In this document: positions 11,429 to 24,175 of the stretch, piece after piece
How the letters are laid out: every line of letters starts with the position of its first letter
Numbering within the stretch: position 1 is the first letter of the stretch
NCBI RefSeq assembly: GCF_002571385.2
Contig: NW_019217949.1
Span: 118,529-180,075 of the forward strand
Reading direction: 5' to 3'
Length of the DNA stretch: 61,547 nt
DNA from: Stylophora pistillata
Lineage: Eukaryota
Made by a program: the position numbers and the translations under genes
Notes under the pieces: model-generated
Databases searched by the model: none
Seen by the model: the letters and a program-made list of their open reading frames with translations, nothing else
What the model was told of the DNA's origin: nothing

Positions 11429-12207
11429 AGCCCTGGTCAAACGGCTCATGATAGTCGATGATAGTTGATGATAGTCGATGATAGTTGAAGCGTGCGCTTC
11501 CGCTTGACCACCAACTATCATGCACTATCATCGACTATCACCAACTATCATTCATTTTGAGCTTTTTCAAATTCTTCATGATAGTCGATGATAGTTTTTC
11601 TCGTTTGACCACGCGTATGATAGTTCATGATAGTTGTTGGTCAGTTGTTTTCCTCGAAAATCGGCGGGCTCGTTTAAAATGGCCGCCAAAGCTCCTCGCG
11701 AGGCTCAGCTTCAGCTTCAGAAATTTGTTTTTATACCCACGATAATAATAATGAGAAAGAAAATATTGAAAACCAAGAATCTGGAGAAAGCGTCAACTCG
11801 CAGTAATTCGAAGAGACACCGCCGGAAAAAACAGCGTTTCAGGAAACGTTCAACGGCGAGATGGAATAATGACCTGATATTACGTCTAATAGACGAATTT
11901 GAGGCCCGGCTCTGCCTTTCGGACATATTTGCGAATGATTACCACAACAGAGATGTCACAGGACATCTAAGCAGGAGATGGAGGTGAGGGCGCACTAGCA
12001 AATTAATAATGAGCGCGCGGAAAGAGCCTGGAACTAGCTGCTCGCGTGACTTTGCTCGCGTGACTGCCGGTGAACTATCATCAACTATCATGGACTTTAT
12101 TGACCGTTTGATCATGCGAATGATAGTTAATGATAGTTGGTGATAGTTGATGATAGTTTGAAGAGAATCAACTATCATCGACTATCATGCGCCGTTTGAC
12201 CAATGTC
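11429..12207 (+). mobile_element. Non-autonomous PIF/Harbinger derivative with Myb/SANT (MADF)-like ORF remnant
   Basis: TIRs tggtcaaacggctcatgatagtcgatgatagttgat / atcaactatcatcgactatcatgcgccgtttgacca; TAA at 11426-28 and 12208-10; subterminal GATAGT repeats. Internal RWNNDLILRLIDEFEARLCLSDIFANDYHNRD resembles a MADF N-terminus. Confidence 0.8.
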
Positions 12208-13458
12208 TAAGTCGCGGAATCTTCATATACACCTTACTGCTAAAGGGATCCCTCTGATGTTGGTTATTGACTGCCCTTCCGTGGAAAACCTGATATGAAT
12301 TCCGTGTATTGTGAATCCTTTAGTGAGGAACAACAACAACAACAACAACGAAAAAAGCCGCATGTAATGTTCACGTGAATAAAAGTGGCGACACAGGATG
12401 ATTGATTCAAGATTCCCTAGAAGATGTTCGAAAGCAAAAGTTGTTTGATCAAGGTTTAAATAGGGCTCAGTTGTACTCTCACTGTAAAATTTTATATGGG
12501 GAAAAAAACTTCTAGTCTATTTTAAATATCTGAAGCAAGATTTCCCTGTTCCATTCTCTTATATATTGCTATGATAACAATATTATTTCTCATATTAAAT
12601 GACTAGTGTTTGGTATCTTTCAGCCACGAGATTTCTTGTGCGTGGCTTCATCCCAAGCGATTCTTCGCCTGGATCAATTTGGGTGCAGCGTGATTTGTAT
12701 GACTGTGACATACAATCAAGGGCCTGTGTTGGCGAGAAACAAACTAGGGGCAGAGTCCTGATACATTTCAGTTTTCCTTTTTAATCAATTTCAAACCTTT
12801 ACAAAAAATATAACTTTCAATCCCCAAGACAAAAAGAAAGATTTATTATACTTTTACTACCCCTTTGAGTTTTTTACCGTTTTGGATGCAATCTACGTGT
12901 TCTTTTCTATGAATGATCACTAAACGTGGAAAAGTGTGGGTCACGTCACGTCAATGGGTTCTGTGGAACGTCGCCTTCGCGTTTGTTAGTAGTTGCACGT
13001 TTTAAAGTTTTGAATAGTCAATTTTATACAACACTTGTTTCTACTCATTAGTCTGTTTAGCTCTTCATTTTATCGCGTGCGTATCCTAATCCTATCCGTT
13101 GAAGTATCCGTCGATTAGTATTACGAGTGCGCTTAGCGTAATCGTAGCGTGATTCGTTCTGTGTAAACCTGAGTATATACGTAAGTTTAAACAATATCTG
13201 TATGGTAGAAGCTGTACCCAGATGACTGTTCCCGGTGCCTCAGAATTTGAGGCTTAATTAACGTAAGGAAGATCGTTTCACTTCGAGGTAAACTTGAACT
13301 AAACGGAGACTAGACGTAGGAAATGATTTTCCGGCGTTAAGATTCCGCGCTCAGGCAGATCTTCTATCAAGACCGAGCAAAACTAAAACAGTTGTGGTCT
13401 TCAAAACTGTTGCAGTTATCAGTCCGCTCGTCAGTTTAGGCTACACCATCTTCACGAC

Positions 13459-16400
13459 TCAAAACGTCACAGATTTCCTCCGAAAAGATCCCGTTTTCTT
13501 TATCAGTCCTTCCTTCATCTTCGACAACGAGGAAGGCTGGTTCCGTTTATCGTTAGAAGAGATTTTTCCATGCCGTAAGTACTGTCTGACTGATCCATAG
13601 AGCATCTCTGACACCTCTTTGTATCCGTCGCTTGAAGCAACGGAAATTTCATAAAACGGACATTTTAGTTCTTGAGACAAATCGCTGCCTTCTGTTTCAT
13701 CCACTTCTCGAAGGTGTTCTAAATCTCTTTTGGTACCAGTAAGAATTACCATCGCCGAATTTCCGTTGGTTTTTCGTCTCCGGATGTGTCTTCCAATACG
13801 AGCAGCTTCGTGGAAACTCGAACGATCGGTGATGGAGTACAGTACGAGGAATATGTCACCACGAGCAAGACAATTGTCTAGCTTTACTTCTGAATTCTGC
13901 AAATTTTAGTAGCGAAAAAAAAAAAAGGCTGATAAGGTATTGCAATTCGAGCGAAATCACTTTTGCTTGACAAAGAGTTAAAAGATCTTACACCTAACCT
14001 TAGACTTCCTCTTTGCTCCAATTCACTTTGATTTGCACATCAAATATTGTATTTCTATTTTATCTTTAAGAGCGCATTTGAATTAAGCAATTTTTTTAAA
14101 ACTTTGGAAATGATTTCTCAGACTGGAGTTCAGAGACCTTTGTTGCTCACGCTATTCGAATGAAACAAATCGATAATGCACTTAGAATCATTATCAATTG
14201 ATTTCTCAATTTTAATTGAGAAAATGATTTCTACAACGGCCGTAGTAAGATTAAACAGCCTGATCTAAGAAAACCGCCTACATATTTGTTTGCCGAATAA
14301 CTTCTGTTTTTTCAGTTTTCACTGCTCTACTGAAGCAAATTTTTATTATATCTTTTTTCGATGCGTGATTTAGTGTTGCAATGATATCAAATTATCCAAA
14401 TGATATCAAAATTGTTCATTTTGTGTGATATAGGGCCAACTTGAAATGGCAGCCCAAATTTGTCAGTACATGAAACGTGGCTAAGACTTAAATTGGGTAA
14501 AACTCCGTACTTCTTACTAGCAATGCAATAATTTCGATTCAAGATTGAATAATTCCAAAGTTGTTAGTGATAAAATGATTCACAATAGTTTGTCACCTCT
14601 CCAGCGGTATCCATTAAATCAACGTATATGAAATCGTTATCCACTTCCATGTGGTGTCTCCATGTTGATTCTAAAGTTAAAACACCATAAGTACAGTTAA
14701 AACACCATAATATGATGTATAATTTATTAAGTTTAACTTAATCAATTATACATCATATTAGAGCCCTTTTTGGATTTAATGTCACAAAACCAAAGTTATC
14801 AAAACGACCAATCAGCAGAAAGGGGAAAAACCCGTCAAAGCGCCGATGAGGACGCCCAGTAGAACCGACCAAACTGCTATACACCGAATGCAAATATGGC
14901 GTTCAATTTGAGTTGCCATTGTCTGAACTCACTAGCCTCGTCTTCACGTGGAAATACAAAAGGATGATTACATGTGTGAGAGGCTAGTCAGTCCAGAACA
15001 ATGGCAACTCAAATTGGACGCCATATTTGCATTCGGTGTATAGCGCGCGAAAACGCGGGCGACCAAGCCGCAATTGATTTTAATTTTCCATCTGATTGGT
15101 CAAGAAAGCGGCGCGCGTTTTCTGGACCAATCACAGAAATACTTGCGTGAGTATTGAGAAGTAAACAGAATGTGCAAATGACTAATGGGATACCGGTATC
15201 CTTGCTTAACCAAAATAATTATGTTAAAAAAAATTTGAATTTCGTTTAATAAGTTTCATTAAAATGCCTCGAAAAGTCAACGTATAAAAATGAAGTAATT
15301 TTACCTACCCAACGTTTGGTCATATTCGGTGATAAACCTTTTCGTAAGAAAACGGACGATAAGAGCTGGAAAGCAATCAATGGTAAAAAAAAAAAAAAAA
15401 AATCAGAAAATCTCGTAAAAAGCAACTAAGATAAAAACTGAAAAATCAATTTGAATTGCGATATGAAGTAGCCTCCAATGCATTACAGCTGAAGACGAAT
15501 GGACCTTTTAGACTTTGAAGACTGGTTACGCATTATGACAGTACACCTCAACACGAATTTCAAAGATCTAATACGCGTTAACTTGACAAAATACGGGGCC
15601 AACAAACCGAGTAGTATAGTATAACTCTGCAAAGTTCAAGAGTAGCTTTTGTTCAAATTTTCACGAGTCGTACATTTTTCTCTCTGACTCGAAAGCATAG
15701 CTCTTGCTGCATGATCATTAACGGATCCCTTTGAGGACAGTTAATGGGGAGTGAGGCACCTTTGCTAATTTCCCAGCCGGCCTTTGATATGTTATCATCA
15801 TTAAGAATACACATTTAGGTGAAGTATAGTGTTTCGTCTACAGAAGTAATTTCTTAAAATTTTTTTGATCAACTCTCGCGGGTTCAATGAACTGAATATA
15901 ACAAAGTTGTTTTACTCATCTCAGCATCTTCGGCTTGTAAAAACGAGGGAAATTTATTTGCAACCCTCGTCATTCAATTTGGTTACATTCATAGACCACT
16001 TTCATAATTGGCTGCCAGATTAATATTCTTTTGTTTAAATTTTAATTAGCCATTCTGGCCTCGTTCTCCAGTACAAAATTAAAAAAAAAACGTTATCTCA
16101 AGCGAGGCCAGAAGGGCTAATTTAAATTTAAACAAAAGAATATTAATCCGGCAGCCATTTATGAAAGTGGTCTATTTCGTAAATTTGACCCCAACAATAA
16201 TTAGCCTCAAAATGCTCTGGCAAAATTTGAGAAAATGCTATGACTAGAAATTGATTTTGATGATTTAGTTTTGTTTTCTTGAGTCGGGCAATGACCCAAC
16301 GAAGCATAGTGAGGTTGATAAACTAGGCCGAAATTCTGCCTTAAAAAACAATTGCAAATGCTATCTTTTGATCTTTACAAACTTCCGGTCACAAAGTCGT

Positions 16401-17881
16401 AGGAATTTAATTTGTTTTGACCCATCAATTCACTTATTACGTAACAAATAGATAGTCAATAAATACGAAAATTGTTAATTAACACGAAGTTACTGCTTAA
16501 GAGTAACTTTTATTTGTCGATAAGATTATATGGCTTGTAAAAAAATACTGCTGAAGGGATTTTTTCATCACGAACATGGGATGAAAAGAAACGTGTGAAT
16601 TTCTCTCATCGAGGTTTCGAAAGCCAGATCTTCGGATTTTGCGGTTCGATGATTTACACCACTGAGTTTCAGAGAACTTGTTGGAGAGTCGGGTGATCGA
16701 AGAAAGATCAAATTATCATTCTCTTGTCTCCCCTTTTAAATAATTCCTCCATACTGATTCATGTTGGCTGTGTTTAAATTGAGCATATTTCACTGGAGTT
16801 GAGGTCATAACATTTAGGCGAATGAGAACATACCAGCTAATTAATCAGATTGTTTGGTTCAAATTGAACGGGAGAGAATAACTTTTAGTTTTAGAAAAAT
16901 AAGACAATGAAGTTTACGTTCTTGGGCATAAATATGTTTTGGGCCTTACTCAGTGGGCCATCATATCCCAAGCCAGTAGGTGATCGCGAGGGTTGAAATG
17001 ACTCTTCGAAGGGCCAAAAACAAATTTTTACCCAGGAACGTAAACTGTAATGCCACTGTTACCACTTTGGAGGGCACTAAGAAAATAAAAGTTGAAAAAA
17101 TTACAACAAAATAGACTGCACAATCACACGAGAGTGTGAGCTTCCGAAAATACACTTTAGATCACCAAAAGCTATATTTTCTCTCGCAGAACGTGTCACT
17201 TTGCCCGAAATAGTGATAATAACATTTATTAGTGCTTATACATAAAGCTTCAGTGAGTCACTGGTCGTTTTTAATTAATCTTATAAAAAATAAAATAAAA
17301 TGAAAAAAAACCCATCATCGTTTGAGCTCACAAAAGCATGCATCTGCGACTGGGCAAATGAAATAAGCGATCAATTTTAATTACGGTGAGCGATGTCAAA
17401 ATCCTACCACAGACACTTAAAGCAGTTCAAATATTTATTTTGGAGTAACCTTAGAATAGAACTAATGCGATTGAGAAAAAACTCAATTAGCGTTCAAACT
17501 TTAATCTCAAAAGTACCTTGTCGAAAGCATAACAAAACGCAGGGCGAAATCTAATATTCTAGCAGGATACAGTTTATTAATGGTGAGTGAGCTATACCGA
17601 AAACTCAATGTCAGACAATAATAACACTTGAACTTTCAAGTGTGTATCGCTTTTTATGATGCTAAATTGAAATGAACCTCGAGAAAAATCACCCTTACTG
17701 ATAAGATAGTGGAAGTAACATTCCTGCCAAGTGATAAAACCCAGTATTGCACGATATATCATTGTTCAAAGAAGTTATTGCAGATAACCAGCTCACCTGA
17801 TTTTCCTACTCCGTCTTGTCCAAGAACGACCGCTCGTGCAGCTTTGAAATTGGGTTGGTGGCTCGTTTTTCGTTTGCGCAT
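13459..17881 (-). CDS. Ras-like small GTPase, RERG/RASL11/RASL12-like, 217 aa; exons 17881-17797, 15365-15309, 14670-14597, 13896-13459
   Basis: Spliced protein MRKRKTSHQPNFKAARAVVLGQDGVGKSALIVRFLTKRFITEYDQTLESTWRHHMEVDNDFIYVDLMDTAGENSEV...LYSITDRSSF...GTKRDL...FYEISVA...RRKSVTF. G1-G5 motifs present; all introns GT-AG with phases 1,1,0; no CAAX. Confidence 0.92.
14878..15042. mobile_element. Palindromic ~165-bp MITE, TA-flanked (copy 1)
   Basis: ~60-bp TIRs tatacaccgaatgcaaatatggcg.../...cgccatatttgcattcggtgtata; near-identical copy at 37141-37306. Confidence 0.9.
15991..16175. mobile_element. Fully palindromic 185-bp MITE (TA-flanked) in GTPase intron 1
   Basis: atagaccactttcataa...ctggcctcg / cgaggccag...ttatgaaagtggtctat. 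Confidence 0.88.
16571..16692 (-). mobile_element. Highly degenerate tRNA-derived SINE-like fragment
   Basis: Minus strand retains ctcagtggtgtaa (A-box-like) and ttcgaaacct (B-box-like) at tRNA spacing. Confidence 0.35.
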
Positions 17882-20276
17882 GATACACACTTTTTCAAAA
17901 CGCTATCAACGGGTTAGGTGAGAATTCTGAAAATGGAAATGGCGGAAATGAAGTTTAACACAACGATGTTAATCAATAATTAGCGGAATGATGCAGTCAG
18001 GCTTTAAATCGGGATTAGGAACGTTAAGTCGGTGCTGTAAAGCGAGATGGAAGTAAGCCTCTTACAGTTAAAGATCTCTGTGGCTACTTGAGTCTCGAGA
18101 GGGCTCTGAGTAGTAAATTTCTTATCGGTTTGACCTTTATCGTTAGCAAATGACAAATACCTTCTCAAGTCAGTTCTTGCAGTTCACTGTAATACTTTAC
18201 TGTCAGCTACGGCCATTTCGTATCAGTTAAGTCAAAACCACGGTGAGAATTTTTGGAAATTCAGAGTCATTGATCGCGGTTCTTGGCTATTAGTCTCTGA
18301 AGGCCCATACATTATAAAAAGGCAGTCATACTAAATGGACAACATTTAAGAATTAGGGCTAACAACACTGCTCAACATTAATTTGCTTAAAATAACTTGT
18401 ACCTCATTAAGTAACATGTACCTCCGTGTTCTAAGCAGATTCTTCACCTCCAATCAAGCAGTACAAACTTAATTTAGCAGGCCAAACGATATTGAGACGC
18501 TCATGAACGCTAAATGCTGGGGCAAATTAAATACTTGGGCTTTCTCTCAAAACACTTACAGCTCATCATCGGTTCGAAACAATACGGGGATTCCTATTGG
18601 CTGATAGCATTCATCCCAGACAAATCGAGGACATCAGAGTGCTCGGAAGGAATGTTTGTCGCGCGCAAACATAAGATTGGACTCCATGTCATCAGTATTG
18701 AGTTGCAGCGGGTATATTCGCGGACTCCAGACCAATTGACGAAATAAAGGTGTTCTAATTATAGCAGCATGGGATGGTTTAGCGAAGTATAACCGGTTGC
18801 TTTTACTTCGCTCCTTAGATTGCCTCACTTGAGTTTGATAGAAACACCATATATCTTAATAACTATAGCAATTAGCGGCTCTACTTAAGGATCAAAGATC
18901 TTGATTACAATAGGGAAGCAATTATTTGTGGTTTCGCTCGGGTAAGAGCACTCGATTCTAGTGAACACCCCGGTAGCAAAGAAGCGAATGAATTTAAAAG
19001 ATCGATGTAAGATTAGAGATCCTCTTGAAGGAGACTCTAGGATTATTCCTGATAATTATCGTCAGATATAGATTTTTCTTTTCGCATATGCTGTCTTAAG
19101 ATAATTTGTATAATTTGTTACTTGACTTCCATATGACACACGCTACTTCAGATCCTCCAAACTGCGTATGTAGAACTCGACCTCTCTTGGCATAACTTCC
19201 ATTATCCATTGGCTGAGTCAATTTTAAGAACGTTTTATAACAATGGAAATAAAACTTGCCAGTTTTGTTTCATGATGGCCCCTTAAGGCAATGCGAAAAT
19301 AAATTGAATTAGGAAAGTTCATGAAACAGCTCTGCGCAATGGCCCGAGAAGTCAGCCCCAGTAAGTTGCATAGAAAATTATTGATTTCAATTGAAGGTCA
19401 GGCAAGAGAAATTGGGTCAATCATTTTACTCAGCTCTCTAAGCTTTAAGTTCCAGCTAAAATCCACTGCATGGGCAAAGAGAAAGCAAAGCTTAATTTGT
19501 CAAGGCAAGTTTAACTGAAGTTTGCGTTGATTCTATTTTAGAAATTTTATCTCACAAAATCCTATTTTGAGAGCCATTAATAAGTGTGTAACCCCAACAA
19601 AGCAATTCTTAAAACGCTTTTAATGGCAACCCTTTTTAACACTAAGTATTTTTCGGTATTGAAGCTAAGAAGTTCTTGATGAGAAAGTTGCGTGATGGTT
19701 ACTATACTTTAGCGTAATTGGTTAGCTTCCTTCGTCGTATCAGAGATTAAGAAAGAAATATTTTTGTTTTAAGGTTTAAGTTTCATTCTGGGTCTGGACA
19801 GCTGGCGAGTATCATCAATTTCCATCTGATACGTAATTTATAACCCGTTATGTTGAGTTACATTTGACGGCTGGAAGAGCATTTATAGTGATGAGTGTGA
19901 ATTGATATGCAACTTCCATGTAAAAGCCAAAAGGATGTTATGTGAGTTTTTTTTTTTAGTCTTAGCGATGATTCAAATTAAATTTCTGCCTTCATGCGAC
20001 GCCAAAAGACTAATTTTGTATAAGTATTCTTGTCTAGATAAAAGTATTCGTTAATTAGCTATAAATCATTCTTAAATGAATGACATAACCAATATGTCAA
20101 AAATGTCATTTGCGTTTCAAAGGAAAAGATACGAAGCTATTAAATTGGGGATAAAATGCAACTTTCTCGTCTAGTAACTCATAAGTCCTCTTCCTCTGAG
20201 AGCTTTTCCATGCTAACAAGTAGGTATCCCCTTCTCCAGTTAACTTATTCAAGAAGAGTACGACATTTTTTAATTT

Positions 20277-20317
20277 GGAAGACATGTTTCGATGTTACGA
20301 ACATCATCGTCAGTTAC
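20277..20317 (-). ncRNA. Minimal type I hammerhead ribozyme motif, canonical core
   Basis: Minus strand: gtaa CTGACGA t gatgtt-cgt-aacatc GAAA catg TC ttcc. 6-bp stem II, palindromic stem III CAUG, GUC triplet; stem I is imperfect. Confidence 0.8.
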
Positions 20318-20976
20318 AGAATATTTGACGATGATGTTCGTATGTGAGTTTTTTTTTTGTCTTAGCGATGATTCAAATTAAATTTCTCCCTTCATGCGAC
20401 GCCAAAAGACTAATTTTGTATAGTCATGTCTTCGAAATTAAAAAATGTCGTACTCTTCTTGAAGATAACGATTTGCTTTCTGCTGTCTCGACCTTTTAAC
20501 TTATTCACCTCTCAGTCTCTTACGAAAAATTATAACATAACCAAAGTAAAGCGCGCGCTCTGATTCGTCAATTTAGCGTTCCTCTTACGCTTCTTTCGTG
20601 CTTAGCAACCTCCCGCGTGCATCCATAACTCAATAGTGTACGCTGTGGTGTTTACCATTTTGTTAATTGTGAAAAGCTGAACAAACATGTCTAAGTCTAT
20701 GATGTCGAATTGAGCCGTGAAAATATTTTCTTTTTTTATCCGAAAGTATCGAGATTTATTCCGCTTGTTTATAACACGGAGGTTTCTTTTGCTAACAACT
20801 ATGAAAAAGACACAAAGAAAGATCGAATTTGCCGGCGTTCTTCATCTCTTTTATAGGATACAACTATAACACGAACCAATTACTTGCTAATGTAAAATTT
20901 CCCGAATTGTAAAAGAGTGACAAATGCGCGTGTCAGTTTTTTTTTCCCCAAAAACTGCCTTATGCGGGTTTTCACT

Positions 20977-21725
20977 CATCCTCGGAGACCCAGGGGATGT
21001 GAGTCGGTTTCAAGTTAAGGGCAGAAGAGCCCCCTGGGGACATTGTCTTACAAGACTAGTTCCAAACGGTCGCAGTCGTTCTGGCATCTGATTGGTGCCA
21101 GAAAATCTTTGTGTTTTTCTGCCCAATCAGAGTGAAGTGTCGTTTGGAGTCCTTTCGTGTGTTTTAACACGCACATATACAACAAGCTCTGTTGCTAGCT
21201 ATGCTTGTTTGGGCCATACGACGAAGCTTTGCCCGAGGTGAAAAGTTTCAGTCTCAGCACACAATGTAAGAGAAATCGATCAGATTGTCCGCGAAATCTT
21301 ACCGGAAATTATACTGAATACTTTCGCAGGTATCACAAGAGAACGTGTTTAAAAGTTTGCGAGGTTCGTCATCGTTCGAAAGTATTCAGTATAATTTCTG
21401 GTAAGATTTCGCGGACAATCTGATCGATTTCTCTTACATTGTGTGCTGAGACTGAAACTTTTCACCTCGGGCAAAGCTTCGTCGCACGGCCCAAACAAAC
21501 ATAGCGAGCAACAGAGCTTGTTGTATATGTGCGTGTTAAAACACACGAAAGGACTCCAAAGGACACTTCACTCTGATTGGGCAGAAAAACACAAAGATTT
21601 TCTGGCACCAATCAGATGCCAGAACGACTGCGACCGTTTGGAACTAGTCTTGTAAGACAATGTCCCCAGGGGCTCTTCTGCCCTTAACTTGAAATCGACT
21701 CACAGTCCCTGGGTCTCCGAGGATG
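20977..21725. mobile_element. 749-bp foldback element with ~350-bp TIRs, 50-bp spacer and perfect 9-bp TSD
   Basis: Arms 20977-21326 and 21377-21725 are near-perfect reverse complements (catcctcggagacccaggg...ccctgggtctccgaggatg). TSD gttttcact at 20968-20976 and 21726-21734. Confidence 0.95.
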
Positions 21726-23989
21726 GTTTTCACTGTGATAAAGAGTCCAATATTTCGCGCTATTTCTCGGGTTTTTAACTCTCTGTAACTTCTGAATGGA
21801 AGTAGAACCGTACTCAAAAGAGATTTCGTTTTGGTTTATCGCTAGCAACGGAATGCAATATTTTTTCATTTCCAAAAATGGCGAAAATGATATACCAAAT
21901 TATGCCTCCATCAAAATAGGACTGATATTTTAAGGATTCTGACAAGGTAGTCATTTAACTAATAAGAATATTCTCACTTCATTCTTCCTCGAGAAATTTC
22001 AGCCCAGAAATTCAGCTGTGGTAATGAACACTGAGGTAATGTTATGCACAACATCCTAAAATCACCCAGTAACTGCGATTTTTCCGAACGCCATCTATCT
22101 CGATCCATTTCTTCCTAAAAGCGACGGCTGACGGTGATTAACAAAAGCTGATTGTTACACCAAAAAAACCGTGTAAGGGATTATTGAAGTCTCCAGCTTA
22201 TATCAACAGATCTACGGAAGAGAGCAAAATTTAGTTGACTAATTTATAGTTTCTTCTTTAGAAAGACGTTGTTTCTAAAATATCAGTACACGATGTAGAA
22301 AATCCTCTCGATTGCATTGCAACACACATTCTTTCTTTGAAATAAAGACTAAAAAGGTGAAGCACGATATCTTTGCGCGTCCGTTACTCGACGCCGTTAA
22401 ACCATAACCGTCTAAATTTGTTAATACATGTAAAGTCTAAATCAGAAGCAACTGGTGCACAGTTTTATTGGGACTGAAAACAATGAATGAAAAGCTTAAA
22501 ATTTAAGAATGCTGTTTGGAACCGTTGAGAGAGTGTTATAGCCTTATTCAGCGGCTGACTTGAGCTTCTGAAACATACTCGCGACAGAACTTTGAGACAA
22601 AGGCAGAATCAAAATTAAATAAAAAAACACGAAATGAAAACTTATCGAGCATATGCCCGGCATCTTACTTGCTTATCACTCGTTCTCTTTCTTTGTAGAC
22701 CACCAATGACGAACATAAAACGCTAACGTGCCGAGAAGGTGCACAAATTCACCGAGATTGTCAGTGTGAACGGTGGCCTAAACACCGCAGATTTTCCAAA
22801 CTGTCAGATGAAGTATGGAGACTGTAGTTTTTGCCGTCTCTCGAGGCTTTCTTAAAAGGTTTCAATAAATTCAAGAAGTTCGACATTTGACCTAGGTTTG
22901 AGCTAATAAGGAAAGGAAAAAATTTCGTAGATATGGATACCTCACACAGATGGTTATCTTTGGTGTACTTAAAATACGTTACAATGCATTCGTTTGCATG
23001 TCAAAGGAATTTTTTAGAATTGCAATTTTGTTGAATTATCTCGTGTCTTTTATAGCTTTCACCTCACGTGTAGCAGATTACTGATACTTTTTTAATAACG
23101 TTACATAGCCCAAAATTTGTCAGATTCTTTTTTAAAGATAAGTTTTGATAACATAACAAGAAGACGAAGGGTTGTACACCGTACAAGGTCATTGGATTTT
23201 AATGTAAGGCTTCGTTAGGAAATAATCATGACTTAGTTTCATTTGCCGTCTAAGTTAAAAGTGATAATAAACTTTAAAATCAAGGAATTAGGGAAAATTG
23301 ATTTCAGATTTCATCTTGCGAACCAATAAGCCTGCAGGATTTTAATACTGCTCTTTCATACCGAATCCTCTACAACTTCGCGGGGCGATTGGAACTTGAC
23401 TGATTTACAAGCGTAATTATGACACGGTTTCTTGACAGCAATGAATGATAGCTTTAAATTGGCAAAGACTCCAAATTTGCAGTAGTTACAGATACCACTC
23501 AAATTGAAAATTTCCATCTACCACAAGACCTCACGGATTTTACGCATAAACCAAATGAATAAAGACGATATTGTTATATAAAGTTCAATGTCTGATCACC
23601 GCCATTTAGCTAGTTCTGCACCGCTTGGAATTTCATTCGAGCGCGACGATAAGTGCAGTGCTGTTGAATGTAAGTTATTGGTTGACAGAAACGTTGGCAA
23701 TGAACGCAGCTTTTTTTACGTCCTTTATTTAGGGAGCAGGTGAAGTTACTTTATTCCCTCTTGGAGGTCAGTCTGCTTAGATTTCTTGCTCCGATAAAGT
23801 GCTATTTATTGGAAAAAAAATGAATCGGCGCCTTTTGACTAAGGAACAGCAATAATTCATCATAAATTATTTGACAAGGGAGCAGATGAAGATTAAAAGT
23901 TCATGACTGAGGAACAAAAATCCTGAAAAAAAAACTGTTAAAGATAATTAAAATGTTTTCAGCGATGAGTTATGATGTTGTACGACATT

Positions 23990-24175
23990 AATGAACTCTT
24001 TCTCTCCCAAGAACTGATTTTTAATTCTCCCCTTTAGCATTTAATTGTAAATTAGTCTCGAGAATTTGGTGTTAGATCCAGTTGTTAACTCTTACCTGAC
24101 GAGTTTGAGTTTTCTCATTACCTGACTGCTGGATAATGTAGGATATCGTAGGGAGGAGTTACATATATTAACCCC
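23990..24175 (-). mobile_element. Degenerate copy related to the 28449-28665 MITE family
   Basis: gagaatttggtgttagatc...ttctcattacctg..tgctggataatgta.gatat.gtaggga.gagttaca is the reverse complement of the family core. Confidence 0.55.

Noticed and set aside
12599-12784. Exon-like GC-richer stretch after ctttcag
   Set aside because: No recognisable protein in any frame and no partner exons found.
21205-21655. Mirror-image ORFs on both strands (MFGPYDEALPEVK... / ...FGPCDEALPEVK...)
   Set aside because: Artefact of translating the two arms of the foldback element.
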